Part shown: piece by piece, positions 1 through 10,247 of the stretch
How the letters are laid out: every line of letters begins with the position of its first letter
Position numbering within the stretch: the stretch's first letter is position 1
DNA from: Candidatus Omnitrophota bacterium
Lineage (GTDB): Bacteria > Omnitrophota > Gorgyraeia > Gygaellales > JBFMHM01
Length of the DNA stretch: 64,000 bases
Reading direction: 5' to 3'
Assembly: GCA_040753015.1 (NCBI GenBank)
Contig: JBFMHM010000003.1
Coordinates: 83,463 to 147,462 of the forward strand
Translations under genes and position numbers: made by a program
Notes under the pieces: model-generated
What the model saw: only the letters and a program-made list of their open reading frames with translations
Told to the model about the DNA's origin: nothing
The model's database searches: none

Positions 1-109
1 ATACTCCTATGGCCATGCTTGACTAAATATTTAGATAAATCAAGCACGCCTGTTTCAACACCTCCTATATTTAACTCTGGTACAACTTGTAATATATTCA
101 TAATTTTGA

Positions 110-2077
110 TTAAAATAATCTAGATATTGCTTCTTTTAAAACAGGCCCATTATCTAATACATTAATCTTTGACCTTTGGTAAAATATCGATTTAATTGTC
201 TTTCCTATATCTTGCGGATTAACAAAATTAACATAATTTTCTTTAACTAGGGATTCTAAAAATAACTCGTGCTTTGTCCTTTTAGTCATGTTTAGCCTTC
301 GGCAATCAAAAACAATTACATATTTTCCCGAAGATGCTGCCTCAGAAATCATAGATATCGAATCACTAGATACAACTATTATATCGCATAATCCAAGCAT
401 ACCACCCAAGGCTTCAGGAATATTATTTTCACAAGCAATAATCAATAATTTACAATTATCTTCATTCTCAAATTCATTTTTAATTATCGTATCTATATTC
501 TTGGGCGTCCTTCTTGAAGTAGTAATAAAAATTTGCGCGCTTAACTCCTTGCTGACAGCTTTAATCTGGCTAACTAAATCTCTTATAATACACTCTTCTA
601 ATATTAAATCTTTCGTGTTGCCGCCCAACAAAATACCAATTTTAAATAACCCTCTGTCTTTATATCCAATCCTGCTGGCTAACATATCTTTCTGATTTTT
701 TAAATAATCTTTATCAATTAAATTTAATGCTCCTTGGGTAATAAAAATATTCTTATCTTGCTTTGGCCTGTCATGGCCGGGGATAATTGCGACATTAAAC
801 CTTTTATTAAAAATACCTGCACTCATCACTACTACTGAACGCGCATAATTTTCTTTAGTAATTATTAAATTAACTGCATGAGTACTCGCGCCGCAAGAAA
901 CAACGATATCACAAAAATTATTTGTTAATTCTAGGAAACAATTATTTTCTAATGTAAATTCGGTTAGTTTCATACAAGTAAAAATTTTACCAAAAATAAA
1001 AGTATATACGTTAAGTAAAAATTTTCTAAAATTGCTTCTAAATTTAACTGTAACAACTTTAATATTTAAATTAAACCCCTTACTTCTTTCATTAAATATG
1101 TTTTTAAATTCTTTCAAAAATGACTCTAATTGATGTAAATGCCCAGCTTTTCCATCGGTTAAAACTAAGATATTTTTATCTTGTGAGTATTTCCAACGTT
1201 TATGAAACCAGAAATATTCAGCCGGATGCTTTTTTACATATCCTTCCAAAATTTCATTTAATTTTTCAAGATTATAAAATACTGTTTCCTCCTGGGTATC
1301 TTTTTTCTCTAAGAAATAAGGCTTTAACATAGTTAGCTTTTGATAAGGCCCATTTTTACGAGCAATATATCCAGCAACTATTGGTGCATTAAATTTTAAA
1401 GCGAAACGTACCACGCCTGTCGGTGTTGGCGTAAGACGGCCAAAAAATTTAATAAACTTATCTTCTGTCCGGCCGCCCTGATCAATAACTAAACCAAACG
1501 CCTTATTCGATTTTAAAATTGACACTGCCTCACGCGAACCCATGCCTTTATAAACAACAAAACATTTTTTTTCACGACGAAGACTATCTAAATAATCACT
1601 AGCCATTTTAAATTTCTGTGGACGGGCTAAAATATAAAAATCAAAATTGCCTTTTTGAGGAATACCAATATGTAAGACTTCCCAGCTGCCAAAATGTGAA
1701 CCCATTAATACAACGCCTTTATCCTGATTTAAAAAATCCCTCACATAATCTAAACCCTCATCTTCTATATATTTATCAAGATAATTTTTGTCTATACGAG
1801 GCAGCATCAAGGCTTCGATAAAATTCATCCCCCAATTCAAATAAGTTTGCTTAAGTATCGTTTTAAGTTCCCTAGGGCTATATTCACAAGATAAGGCAAG
1901 TCGAATATTGCGATAGGCAGTTTTTTTTCTGTCTGTATTAAAAATAAATCCAAGCATCGCAACAGCCCTACCAATACCAAGAGATATTTTTAAAGGTAGA
2001 GAGCTAAAGAACCCACTTAATGCTCTAACCCAAATATACAGTAAATATTCTGCTAAATAATTTTGCTTCATCTTCAA
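110..2077 (-). CDS. Lipid A biosynthesis acyltransferase (LpxL/HtrB-like lysophospholipid acyltransferase domain) fused to a C-terminal ELM1/DUF1022-like domain
   Basis: N-terminal ~300 aa carry the LPLAT signature HFGSWE and typical LpxL length. C-terminal ~350 aa (LVLTDGKAGHLHQ...) resemble the ELM1/DUF1022 family that is often found beside lpxK/waaA. Lies directly next to lpxK and waaA. Confidence 0.6.
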   Translation of the reverse strand: MKMKQNYLAEYLLYIWVRALSGFFSSLPLKISLGIGRAVAMLGFIFNTDRKKTAYRNIRLALSCEYSPRELKTILKQTYLNWGMNFIEALMLPRIDKNYLDKYIEDEGLDYVRDFLNQDKGVVLMGSHFGSWEVLHIGIPQKGNFDFYILARPQKFKMASDYLDSLRREKKCFVVYKGMGSREAVSILKSNKAFGLVIDQGGRTEDKFIKFFGRLTPTPTGVVRFALKFNAPIVAGYIARKNGPYQKLTMLKPYFLEKKDTQEETVFYNLEKLNEILEGYVKKHPAEYFWFHKRWKYSQDKNILVLTDGKAGHLHQLESFLKEFKNIFNERSKGFNLNIKVVTVKFRSNFRKFLLNVYTFIFGKIFTCMKLTEFTLENNCFLELTNNFCDIVVSCGASTHAVNLIITKENYARSVVVMSAGIFNKRFNVAIIPGHDRPKQDKNIFITQGALNLIDKDYLKNQKDMLASRIGYKDRGLFKIGILLGGNTKDLILEECIIRDLVSQIKAVSKELSAQIFITTSRRTPKNIDTIIKNEFENEDNCKLLIIACENNIPEALGGMLGLCDIIVVSSDSISMISEAASSGKYVIVFDCRRLNMTKRTKHELFLESLVKENYVNFVNPQDIGKTIKSIFYQRSKINVLDNGPVLKEAISRLF

Positions 2078-3110
2078 TTTTTATCCTTAAAGGTAAAATA
2101 TAAATTTTAATTTGCGCATTATCAAATATTGATTTAAATTGTTCTAACCTAACCCAATCTTTTTCTGTAGTAAATATTATTTTATTATTCCTCATATTGC
2201 AAGATGCAACTATTTTATCTATATCGGCTTTCCTAAAAGAATAATGATCATAAAAATTAAATTCTAATATAATATCAAACCCGGAATTTAATAATATATT
2301 TTTAAAACTAAGGGGCGAGGCTATACTCGTAATAGTGCAAATCTTATTTTCTCTTATGATAGGCAAAATCAATTCATATGCAGCCTCAAAAATTAGCGCT
2401 TTTTTATTAAACTTATAAATAATTTTTTTTATATTATCAATATTTTCTTTTTTTATTAAATTTGATTTAGAAATAATTATAATATCTGCTCTAGCTATAG
2501 AGCTTAACGGCTCTCTTAATATACCTCTAGGTATAACCATAAAATTTCCAAAAGGATTAAGTGCATCAATAGCCAATATATTTAAATCTTTTCTAATTGA
2601 AAATTGCTGAAACCCATCATCTAATATAATTGTATCTACATTAAATTTATTCTTAGCGATTTCAGCACCTTTTTTTCTATCGCTATTAACTATAACCGGA
2701 ATATCAAGTTTTTGTTTTAATAAATATGGCTCATCCCCCATTATTTTATAATCTATTTTTGATTCTTGATTTTTTCCGCCTAAGGCGGATCTGCCTTTGG
2801 CAGAGATTTTTGATTTTCTTTTATATCCCCTTGTTAAAATAGCAGGCCTGCGGCCCTGATTAATCAGATAGCGTGCAATAAACTCGACGATCGGAGTTTT
2901 GCCTGTACCGCCCCAAGTAATATTACCCACACTTATAACTTTAAAAGGCAAAGTATATGTTTTAAAAATCTTCAATCTAAAACATAAAAGAACGATTCTT
3001 AACAATTCCGAATAAACCAAAGAAAGGCAAAAAAGATAAAATTTTATTAAACTTACAAAAATGCCTTTTTTATTATCAGTAATTATGGAATATAAATAAT
3101 CTTTCATCAT
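2025..3110 (-). CDS. lpxK: Tetraacyldisaccharide 4'-kinase
   Basis: P-loop GNITWGGTGKTP is characteristic of LpxK; ~360 aa; in a lipid A cluster. Contains a short in-frame GC-rich palindromic insert (SAKGRSALGGK). Confidence 0.8.
   Translation of the reverse strand: MMKDYLYSIITDNKKGIFVSLIKFYLFCLSLVYSELLRIVLLCFRLKIFKTYTLPFKVISVGNITWGGTGKTPIVEFIARYLINQGRRPAILTRGYKRKSKISAKGRSALGGKNQESKIDYKIMGDEPYLLKQKLDIPVIVNSDRKKGAEIAKNKFNVDTIILDDGFQQFSIRKDLNILAIDALNPFGNFMVIPRGILREPLSSIARADIIIISKSNLIKKENIDNIKKIIYKFNKKALIFEAAYELILPIIRENKICTITSIASPLSFKNILLNSGFDIILEFNFYDHYSFRKADIDKIVASCNMRNNKIIFTTEKDWVRLEQFKSIFDNAQIKIYILPLRIKIEDEAKLFSRIFTVYLG
2777..2807. repeat. GC-rich double-hairpin element, copy A (CCGCC-TAA-GGCGG then TCTGCC-TTT-GGCAGA), in frame inside lpxK
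   Basis: Seen directly. Encodes SAKGRSALGGK within LpxK. Flanked by TTGATTTT on both sides, a possible 8-bp target duplication. Confidence 0.6.
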
Positions 3111-3112
3111 TA

Positions 3113-4345
3113 CTACTGTTTAATGAATCCTTTAATTAACTCCAAATTAGCCTGGCTTGCGCCTCGATTATTTTTTAATAACTCTTTTGCCCTAATCCCT
3201 AGTTTTAATCTTTCATCAGTATCTTTGATTAATCTTCTTACTGCAAAATATAGCTCACTATAATCTCCCACAACAATTAAAGCATTGTTAGCTTTAAACA
3301 ATTCTACGATATCACGAAAATTGAAATAATGCCGGCCGATAATTATTGATTTCCCAAAAAATGCTGGTTCTAAAATATTTTGCCCCCCTCTTTTAACAAG
3401 ACTCGCACCAATATATACAATATCAGAAATTGAGTAAATAAGCGGCAAAATACCCAATACGTTAACTAAAAATACGCCGTTCCCAGAAATATCGTCTAAG
3501 GTTTTTACCTCTTTAACATAAAGTTTGAATTTAATAGAAATTAATCTCTTCAATTGGGCATTCCTTTCAATATGCCTAGGCGCAATTAATAAACGAAGAT
3601 TCGGAAATTCTTCTGCTAATTTCATAAAACAAGATAGTATACCAGATTCCTCCCCAAGATGGGTACTGCCACAAGTAAGCAGAATTTCATTATCAGCAAG
3701 CCTTCTCCTAATATTAGGATCTTTTTGCTGTATATCAAATTTCATATTCCCTATAACCTTAACTTTAGATATTTCTACTCCTAAAGAAATAAGCCTTGCC
3801 GCATCAGCTTGGGTTTGCATGGAAAACAAATGGATTCTATCCAGAATATTTTTAAATAAAAATTTACAAAAATGATACTTGTTATATGACCTATCTGAAA
3901 TTCTGCCGTTTATTATAACTATCGGAACTTTTCTTTTGTCTAATTGAATGATAAAATTTGGCCAAAATTCTGTCTCGACAATAATAACAAGCTTCGGATT
4001 TATCAATCTAATAAATCTAGACACAATAAAACTTAAATCAAATGGTAAATAAAATATATAATCAATACCTGGCAACCTTTCTGCTAACCTATTGCCTGTC
4101 GGAGTAACCGTCGAGATTACTAAAGAAAAATTGGGAAACTCATTTTTTAATCTCGGTATAAATTCTCTTAAACAATTCACCTCGCCAACGCTTACTGCAT
4201 GCAACCATATTGTTTTTTGGTTTTGTTTTCTTAACCCCAGGCCTAGCCGCTTTAAAAAATGCCTGCCGATTTTTTTCTTTAAAAAAGATAAAGACAAATA
4301 AAACACAAAACCAATTATAAAAATTAAATCATAAATTATAAGCAT
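3113..4345 (-). CDS. waaA: 3-deoxy-D-manno-octulosonic acid (Kdo) transferase
   Basis: N-terminal IWLHAVSVGEV motif of WaaA/KdtA; ~410 aa; sits between lpxK and the xerC-like gene. Confidence 0.8.
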   Translation of the reverse strand: MLIIYDLIFIIGFVFYLSLSFLKKKIGRHFLKRLGLGLRKQNQKTIWLHAVSVGEVNCLREFIPRLKNEFPNFSLVISTVTPTGNRLAERLPGIDYIFYLPFDLSFIVSRFIRLINPKLVIIVETEFWPNFIIQLDKRKVPIVIINGRISDRSYNKYHFCKFLFKNILDRIHLFSMQTQADAARLISLGVEISKVKVIGNMKFDIQQKDPNIRRRLADNEILLTCGSTHLGEESGILSCFMKLAEEFPNLRLLIAPRHIERNAQLKRLISIKFKLYVKEVKTLDDISGNGVFLVNVLGILPLIYSISDIVYIGASLVKRGGQNILEPAFFGKSIIIGRHYFNFRDIVELFKANNALIVVGDYSELYFAVRRLIKDTDERLKLGIRAKELLKNNRGASQANLELIKGFIKQ

Positions 4346-4346
4346 A

Positions 4347-5207
4347 TTATGCTCTCGGGTGAGCTTTTTCGTAAATCTTCTTCAATCTATCAGTGGTCAG
4401 GTGAGTATAAATTTGAGTTGTCGACAAATTGCTGTGCCCCAGTAATTCCTGGACTGAACGTAAATCTGCCCCTCTATTCAATAAATGTGTTGCAAAAGAA
4501 TGCCTTATGCTATGAGGAGAAAGCCCATTCTTTAAAGAAACCTTGTGAATATATTTTACAACAATACCTCTTATCCCGCGCAAGCTAATCCGCCGGCCAT
4601 TTTTATTTAAAAATACTGCCTGATTAGTATTATTTCTTCTATCTAAATATTTTTTAATTGCAAAGGTTGCCTTATCGCCAATTGGGACAAGCCTTTCTTT
4701 TTTGCCTTTACCCCTGACTTTTATCACAGACCCGATAAAATCAATATCTCTGTTATCCAAACCTGCAACTTCAGATATACGCATTCCTGTAGAATAAAAT
4801 GTTTCAAGTATTGCCCTATCACGCATAACTAAGATATCATTACCTTCGGGTGCTTGGACTAATCTTGTTGCTTCATCCTCGGTTAAAAACTGCGGTAGGT
4901 GTTTTTCTGATTTAGGGCTTAAGATACTCATTGCCGGATTATTTTTTAATATTCCGTCCTTAGTTAAAAATTTAAAGAAACTTCTAAGACATGACAACTT
5001 TCTTGAAATCGTGCGCTGTAATAAATTTTTGCTTTTAAGCAAGGCGAGGAACCTACGTATTGCTAAATAATCTATTTTCTGTATATCAATTTCCCCAAGA
5101 AAATTTTTAAATTCTTCAAGATCAATCTTATAATTTAAAAGCGTGTGTGCTGATGCACCCTTTTCTATTTCTAAATAGCGAATAAATTTTTCTATATACC
5201 TATCCAT
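4347..5207 (-). CDS. Tyrosine recombinase XerC/XerD family
   Basis: C-terminal catalytic region HSFATHLL...GHSNLSTTQIYTH with the R..H..R..Y arrangement; ~286 aa. Confidence 0.75.
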   Translation of the reverse strand: MDRYIEKFIRYLEIEKGASAHTLLNYKIDLEEFKNFLGEIDIQKIDYLAIRRFLALLKSKNLLQRTISRKLSCLRSFFKFLTKDGILKNNPAMSILSPKSEKHLPQFLTEDEATRLVQAPEGNDILVMRDRAILETFYSTGMRISEVAGLDNRDIDFIGSVIKVRGKGKKERLVPIGDKATFAIKKYLDRRNNTNQAVFLNKNGRRISLRGIRGIVVKYIHKVSLKNGLSPHSIRHSFATHLLNRGADLRSVQELLGHSNLSTTQIYTHLTTDRLKKIYEKAHPRA

Positions 5208-7182
5208 TATCTTTCAGTTGTTCTGGTAGGTTATTAGCTATATAATTACATTTAGGAAAATTACTGCAACCATAGAATACACCTCTGCGCGACCTACGCT
5301 CAACAAGCTCACCACCACATCCTTCATTAGGACATTTAACGCCCGTAGTAATACTTTTTGAGAACTTACATTTTGGAAAATCTGGGCAGCTTAAGAACCT
5401 GCCGCGCCTGCCCCATTTAACAATTAAATTTTTTCCACAATCAGGGCAAATTTCATTTGTCTGGACTACTTCTTTTTCAATCCCTTTATAGGCAGCATCA
5501 AGCGTATCCTTAAAAGGCGCGTAGAAATCACGAATCAATTTTACCCAATCAAGCTTACCTTCTTCAACCTCATCAAGATCATCCTCCATATGCGCCGTAA
5601 ATTTTACATCCATAATTTTTGGAAAATTCTCTACCAATAAATCAGATACCTTTATGCCGAGGTCTGTTGGTTGTAAATATCCTTTTAAACGGTTAACATA
5701 TTGCCTAAAAGTTAAAGTTTGAATAATTGGGGCATAAGTGCTAGGACGGCCAATACCATCTTCTTCTAATTTTTTGACTAGCGAGCCTTCGGAGAATCTA
5801 GCTGGTGGCTTTGTAAAATGCTGACTTGGTGTTAATTGCACTAAATTCAATTTTTCTTTTTTCGTTAATTCTGGTAATTTGTTCTTTGTTTCATCTTCTT
5901 CAATATCATAAGCAGCGGTAAAACCTTTAAACTTTATTTGCGATGCGCTTGCCTTAAACAAATATTTACCGGCAATAATTTCAATTGAATATAGTGAATA
6001 TACTGCGGGCTTCATTTGTGAAGCAATAAATCTCTTATAAATAAGTTCATATAGCTTAAATTGATCTTTATCTAAAATTTTCTCTAATTCTTCTAACGAT
6101 AAATCAAGCGCTGTTGGACGAATTGCCTCGTGCGCTTCTTGCGCTGACTTCTTTGCCCGATATATATTTGGTGATTCGGGCAAATATTCTTTGCCATATG
6201 TTTGGGAGATAAAATTTCTCACTGATGCAAGCGCTTGATCATTTACACGAGGAGAATCTGTTCTCATATAAGTAATCAAACCAAAAGCTCCCCTGCCTTC
6301 AATTTCAATGCCCTCATAAAGCTCTTGAGCCATCTTCATCGTTTTTGCCGCACTAAACCTTAGTTTATTGAAGGCATCTTGTTGCATAGTGCTTGTGATA
6401 AACGGCGCATAAGGGTTACGCTTCTTTTCACTTGCCACAACATCACTAACAACAAATTCTTGTTTTTTGATATCTTCAACTACTTCATCTGTAATTTGTT
6501 TACTATCAATCTCTACTTTTTTATTTTCGATCTTTTCCAATCTTGCTATAAAAGTTTTGCCTTTTTCATTTTTACCTTTACGCGTTTCTAATTCTGCTTC
6601 GATTTGCCAATATTCTTGTGACTTAAACGCTAATATCTCTTTTTCTCTTTCAACGATTAATCTTAAAGCAACTGATTGCACTCGCCCTGCACTTAAACCT
6701 CTGACTACTTTTTTCCATAAAAGCGGGCTTAAGAAATAACCCACAATTCTATCTAAGACACGGCGAGCTGTTTGTGCATTAACCATATCTGGATTTAATT
6801 TAAGCGGGTGTGCAATTGCTTCTTTAAAGGCATCTTTTGTAACCTCGTGAAAAATAAGCCTGAAGAATCTTTTTGACTTTCCGTCAAGATTTTGCATTAT
6901 ATGCCAACTAATTGCCTCACCTTCCCTATCAGGATCAGTTGCCAGATAAATAATATCATTATTTTTTACCTGTTTCTTAATCTCGGAAAAAATTTTTTTC
7001 TTTAAAGTGATTATCTTATATTCTGGCTTAAAATTATCTTCTAGATCAACACCCAAACTTGATTTTGGTAAATCGAATACATGGCCGCCTGAAGCAATAA
7101 TCTTATAATCCTTACCTAAAAATTTACCGATTGTTTTTGCCTTTGTTGGAGACTCAACTATAATCAATAATTTTTCGCTCAT
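5200..7182 (-). CDS. topA: DNA topoisomerase I
   Basis: TOPRIM N-terminus LLIIVESPTKAKTIGKFLG, ~660 aa, C-terminal Cys-rich zinc-ribbon repeats (CPDCG..., CPNEGCGG...). Confidence 0.85.
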   Translation of the reverse strand: MSEKLLIIVESPTKAKTIGKFLGKDYKIIASGGHVFDLPKSSLGVDLEDNFKPEYKIITLKKKIFSEIKKQVKNNDIIYLATDPDREGEAISWHIMQNLDGKSKRFFRLIFHEVTKDAFKEAIAHPLKLNPDMVNAQTARRVLDRIVGYFLSPLLWKKVVRGLSAGRVQSVALRLIVEREKEILAFKSQEYWQIEAELETRKGKNEKGKTFIARLEKIENKKVEIDSKQITDEVVEDIKKQEFVVSDVVASEKKRNPYAPFITSTMQQDAFNKLRFSAAKTMKMAQELYEGIEIEGRGAFGLITYMRTDSPRVNDQALASVRNFISQTYGKEYLPESPNIYRAKKSAQEAHEAIRPTALDLSLEELEKILDKDQFKLYELIYKRFIASQMKPAVYSLYSIEIIAGKYLFKASASQIKFKGFTAAYDIEEDETKNKLPELTKKEKLNLVQLTPSQHFTKPPARFSEGSLVKKLEEDGIGRPSTYAPIIQTLTFRQYVNRLKGYLQPTDLGIKVSDLLVENFPKIMDVKFTAHMEDDLDEVEEGKLDWVKLIRDFYAPFKDTLDAAYKGIEKEVVQTNEICPDCGKNLIVKWGRRGRFLSCPDFPKCKFSKSITTGVKCPNEGCGGELVERRSRRGVFYGCSNFPKCNYIANNLPEQLKDNG

Positions 7183-7898
7183 TTTCCCTCACAAATCAGT
7201 GTTTTATTTTTTATAAAAGGCGCAATCTCTTCTAATATGTCATTAACCGACGTGGTTAATTTTGCACCATCTTTTATCAACTCATTTGTACCAAAAGAAT
7301 TATCTGAATCTAATTTTCCCGGCAGACTAAACACTTCTCTACCCTGTTCAAGAGCACATCGCGCACTAATTAAAGCACCGCTATTTTTTGCTGCTTCCAC
7401 AACAACTACTCCCAACGAAAGCCCAGTGACAATACGATTTCGTTTAGGGAAATTCTCCCGGCGCGGCCCCATATCTAAAGGATACTCTGAAATTACTGCA
7501 CCGTTTTGAGAAATTTTTTCTACTAAGCCTTTATTTTCTGGCGGATAAACACTTAAAAGCCCGCTGCCTAAAACGGCAATCGTCCTGCCATTGGCTTTTA
7601 AAGCGCCTAAATGTGCTTTTGTATCTATTCCACGCGCAAGACCAGACACAACTGTTATTCCAAGATTTGCTAAATCAAACCCAAATTTTTCTGCCTGTAT
7701 TAGACCATAACTTGATGCAAGGCGCGAACCAACAATTGCAATTGATAAATTATCTTCTTCTCTTAACTCGCCCTTAACGTAAAGAGCTTTTGGTGGATCA
7801 AAAATTTTTTTTAAAATTTCCGGATAACCTGCATCTGAAATTGAAATAATCTTTATTTTGTGTTTTGCCGCTAATTCCAGTTCTTTTTTATCAATCAT
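7179..7898 (-). CDS. dprA: DNA processing protein DprA/Smf (short form)
   Basis: Rossmann-like DprA core motifs VVSGLARGIDTKAH and GTNELI; overlaps topA by 4 nt. Lacks an N-terminal SAM domain. Confidence 0.7.
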   Translation of the reverse strand: MIDKKELELAAKHKIKIISISDAGYPEILKKIFDPPKALYVKGELREEDNLSIAIVGSRLASSYGLIQAEKFGFDLANLGITVVSGLARGIDTKAHLGALKANGRTIAVLGSGLLSVYPPENKGLVEKISQNGAVISEYPLDMGPRRENFPKRNRIVTGLSLGVVVVEAAKNSGALISARCALEQGREVFSLPGKLDSDNSFGTNELIKDGAKLTTSVNDILEEIAPFIKNKTLICEGK

Positions 7899-8401
7899 TA
7901 AACTTTAAATAATTGAAGTATCTTGCCAGTTATATCTTCGACGGATAAACCTGTTGTATCAACAGCGTGATCGGCTAATTCGTAATATGGCTTGCGGATA
8001 TGCAGCAATTCTTTAATCTTTTCGAGAGGATTTGGCACTTTCAAAAGCGGACGGCTTTTGTCATCTTTAATTCTCTCGTAAATTTCTTCTGCTGGCGCAT
8101 TTAGGCAAATTACAATACCACTTTTTTTTAAGGTTTGGACATTTTCTTTATCTAAAAGTACCCCGCCGCCGCAAGAAACGACTAAATTATTTTTTTCTGA
8201 TATCTCTAAAACTAGCTGTTTTTCAATTTTTCTAAAAAAAGTTTCTCCGCCTTTTTCAAATATTTCATTGATCGAACAGCCTTCTTTTTTAACAATTTCT
8301 TCATCTAAATCTAAATATGGCCTGCTTAATTTGTGGCTCAGCATTTTAGCAACAGCCGTCTTACCCGTCCCCATAAAACCAACTAAATAGATATTCTTCA
8401 C
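7898..8401 (-). CDS. aroK: Shikimate kinase
   Basis: Walker A GFMGTGKT at the N-terminus; ~167 aa, typical AroK size and motifs. Confidence 0.8.
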   Translation of the reverse strand: MKNIYLVGFMGTGKTAVAKMLSHKLSRPYLDLDEEIVKKEGCSINEIFEKGGETFFRKIEKQLVLEISEKNNLVVSCGGGVLLDKENVQTLKKSGIVICLNAPAEEIYERIKDDKSRPLLKVPNPLEKIKELLHIRKPYYELADHAVDTTGLSVEDITGKILQLFKV

Positions 8402-8419
8402 GACTTCAATCGCTTATCT

Positions 8420-9436
8420 CTATATTTTATTTACAATTATTGAACAAGACTGACTATAAGCATCAGCATACTTAAGCGTAATCTCATAATTTCCAATAAC
8501 CTTTTTATCTGGCTGGCCACTAACACTTTTCATGTGTATTTCTTTTTGATCACCATTATAATTTATAACAAAATGCGCATCGCTAAAATCACCGGTATCG
8601 GAATGCGCCGTTAATGCCTTAAGAAATCGAATAGACATATTCGTTCCGGCAATTGACACTTTTTCTCCATAATTCATTTCAATAGGAATACCGAGGGCTC
8701 TTTTGACGTTAATAAGTTTAAATGACCTCATAAATCTTAAGGTCGCGTGCTTATCATCTCCCTCATCTTTAGGCACAACCGCTAAGACTCGATACAATCT
8801 GTCTTCGTGCAGTAATAATCTGATTCGCATAATATATTCGCCATGGGAAAATTTTGCTTCTCTGGCACTACAATCATTAATCACGATATCCTTATTATAC
8901 AGCAATTTATCTTCGCCGGAAGCCTCAAAAGATTTTATAATCGCATCATAAGTTTTAATTATACCAGCGCCCTCCGAAACAATATTATAACTGACAACGT
9001 AATAATTCTTATCGTTATTCAAACTAACCGAATTCTTATAAATAGTAAGGCTTCCCCATTCTAAAAACGGTTGGTTAACCACTTCTTTCTTGGGTTCCGC
9101 TGGAAAATCTATGCTATAATTAAACTCTTCAAAATCATATTTTTTCCAAATGAATTTTTCTTCAGCCAACGCAGATGCGCAGAGAAAAAACTTTAGAATC
9201 CCGAATATAACCAAAACAAAGCCCAAAAATTTTAATAATTTTCTCCATTTATTATGCCATACTCTCCTTTTATCTTCATTTCTTTTAAAATAAGCAATTT
9301 TATTGAATCCGAGTAAAATCGCAAAAACACCTATACCTATAGCGATACTTGAAACAGATAAACAACCAATAAAATCACGCATCATCGAATTAACGAGTGA
9401 ATTAATCGCTATCCCTAAACTATCTGCGAATCTCAT
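8420..9436 (-). CDS. Hypothetical membrane-anchored protein
   Basis: Long ORF with two predicted TM segments near the N-terminus; no recognisable domain. Confidence 0.4.
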   Translation of the reverse strand: MRFADSLGIAINSLVNSMMRDFIGCLSVSSIAIGIGVFAILLGFNKIAYFKRNEDKRRVWHNKWRKLLKFLGFVLVIFGILKFFLCASALAEEKFIWKKYDFEEFNYSIDFPAEPKKEVVNQPFLEWGSLTIYKNSVSLNNDKNYYVVSYNIVSEGAGIIKTYDAIIKSFEASGEDKLLYNKDIVINDCSAREAKFSHGEYIMRIRLLLHEDRLYRVLAVVPKDEGDDKHATLRFMRSFKLINVKRALGIPIEMNYGEKVSIAGTNMSIRFLKALTAHSDTGDFSDAHFVINYNGDQKEIHMKSVSGQPDKKVIGNYEITLKYADAYSQSCSIIVNKI

Positions 9437-9492
9437 TTTCTTAACCTCCTGCGATTTACGGCCTTCGCCTATCTCGATTATTTACCGCCTAA

Positions 9493-10095
9493 TCAAATAT
9501 CAATTAATTGCAGCTCAATAAAATCTTTATTAGCGCCATATCCGCTTCGATAACTTATCAGCCCTTTATCCTTCTCCCATGTAAACGATTCATAATATCC
9601 CGTAGAAACTTGATTATTGTATGAGCGATATTCTCGTTTGTGCCCATTTATTTCTAGACAAGAATGAAATCCGGGTTCATTTTTGCTTAAAGTATCTTTT
9701 ATCTCCTTATCTTGACAAACAATTAAACTATAATTTGGCGCTTCTCCACCTGCTTTCAACCTATCGAGATTTTTTTCAGTCGGCTCTATTTTATATATTT
9801 TATCTGGTTGCACGTAAAAATAGCCCAACCTCAAACGTTCCTCTGGGATGCCTTCAATACGGTCAAGTTTCAATTCATATAATTTACCATATTTAAGTTT
9901 AGCCGCTTCATTAATGTTTAATTTTACATCTTTTTCAACAATACAATCAAATAAAAATTTCCCCTTATAATTCAAATTTGAAATATTGTTTTTTAAAAAA
10001 AATGGATTCCCTGTAATTTCTGCATTAGCAATATTTGTTGAAGCGCAATGGATTAACAGTATAAAATAAAAAATAAAGCAAACAATTTTTTTCAT
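9493..10095 (-). CDS. Hypothetical secreted protein
   Basis: N-terminal signal-peptide-like segment MKKIVCFIFYFILLIHCAS; no recognised domain. Confidence 0.4.
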   Translation of the reverse strand: MKKIVCFIFYFILLIHCASTNIANAEITGNPFFLKNNISNLNYKGKFLFDCIVEKDVKLNINEAAKLKYGKLYELKLDRIEGIPEERLRLGYFYVQPDKIYKIEPTEKNLDRLKAGGEAPNYSLIVCQDKEIKDTLSKNEPGFHSCLEINGHKREYRSYNNQVSTGYYESFTWEKDKGLISYRSGYGANKDFIELQLIDI

Positions 10096-10188
10096 TAATT
10101 ACGTCCCCGTGGTCATAACTCCAAACATATGTTTTTCGCCATAACTTAAGCAATTCTAACATAATAGGCATAAGGAATCAAACAAAAA

Positions 10189-10223
10189 GCCGCCAGTAAT
10201 ACAGTGTTCCAATGCTAGCGGCT
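10189..10223 (-). terminator. Putative rho-independent terminator downstream of the CARDB protein gene
   Basis: Imperfect GC stem (GCCGCCAG / CTAGCGGC) flanked by an A-run on one side and a T-run on the other; on the minus strand the hairpin is followed by TTTTTGTTTG. Confidence 0.35.
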
Positions 10224-10247
10224 TTTTTGCTAATAATATATAAATAA

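Noticed and set aside
288-695. Plus-strand ORFs lying entirely inside minus-strand genes (e.g. 288-695, 1120-1332, 3525-3875, 6379-6739, 23541-23804, 25133-25339, 29070-29384, 39901-40231, 42079-42393)
   Set aside because: Antisense shadow ORFs in AT-rich DNA. They have low-complexity or biased composition, no motifs, and are fully overlapped by well-supported genes.
4347-5207. Tyrosine recombinase as the integrase of a mobile element
   Set aside because: It sits between waaA and topA with no flanking att-like repeats or cargo, and has XerC/XerD-like length and motifs. It is most likely the housekeeping chromosome-dimer resolvase.
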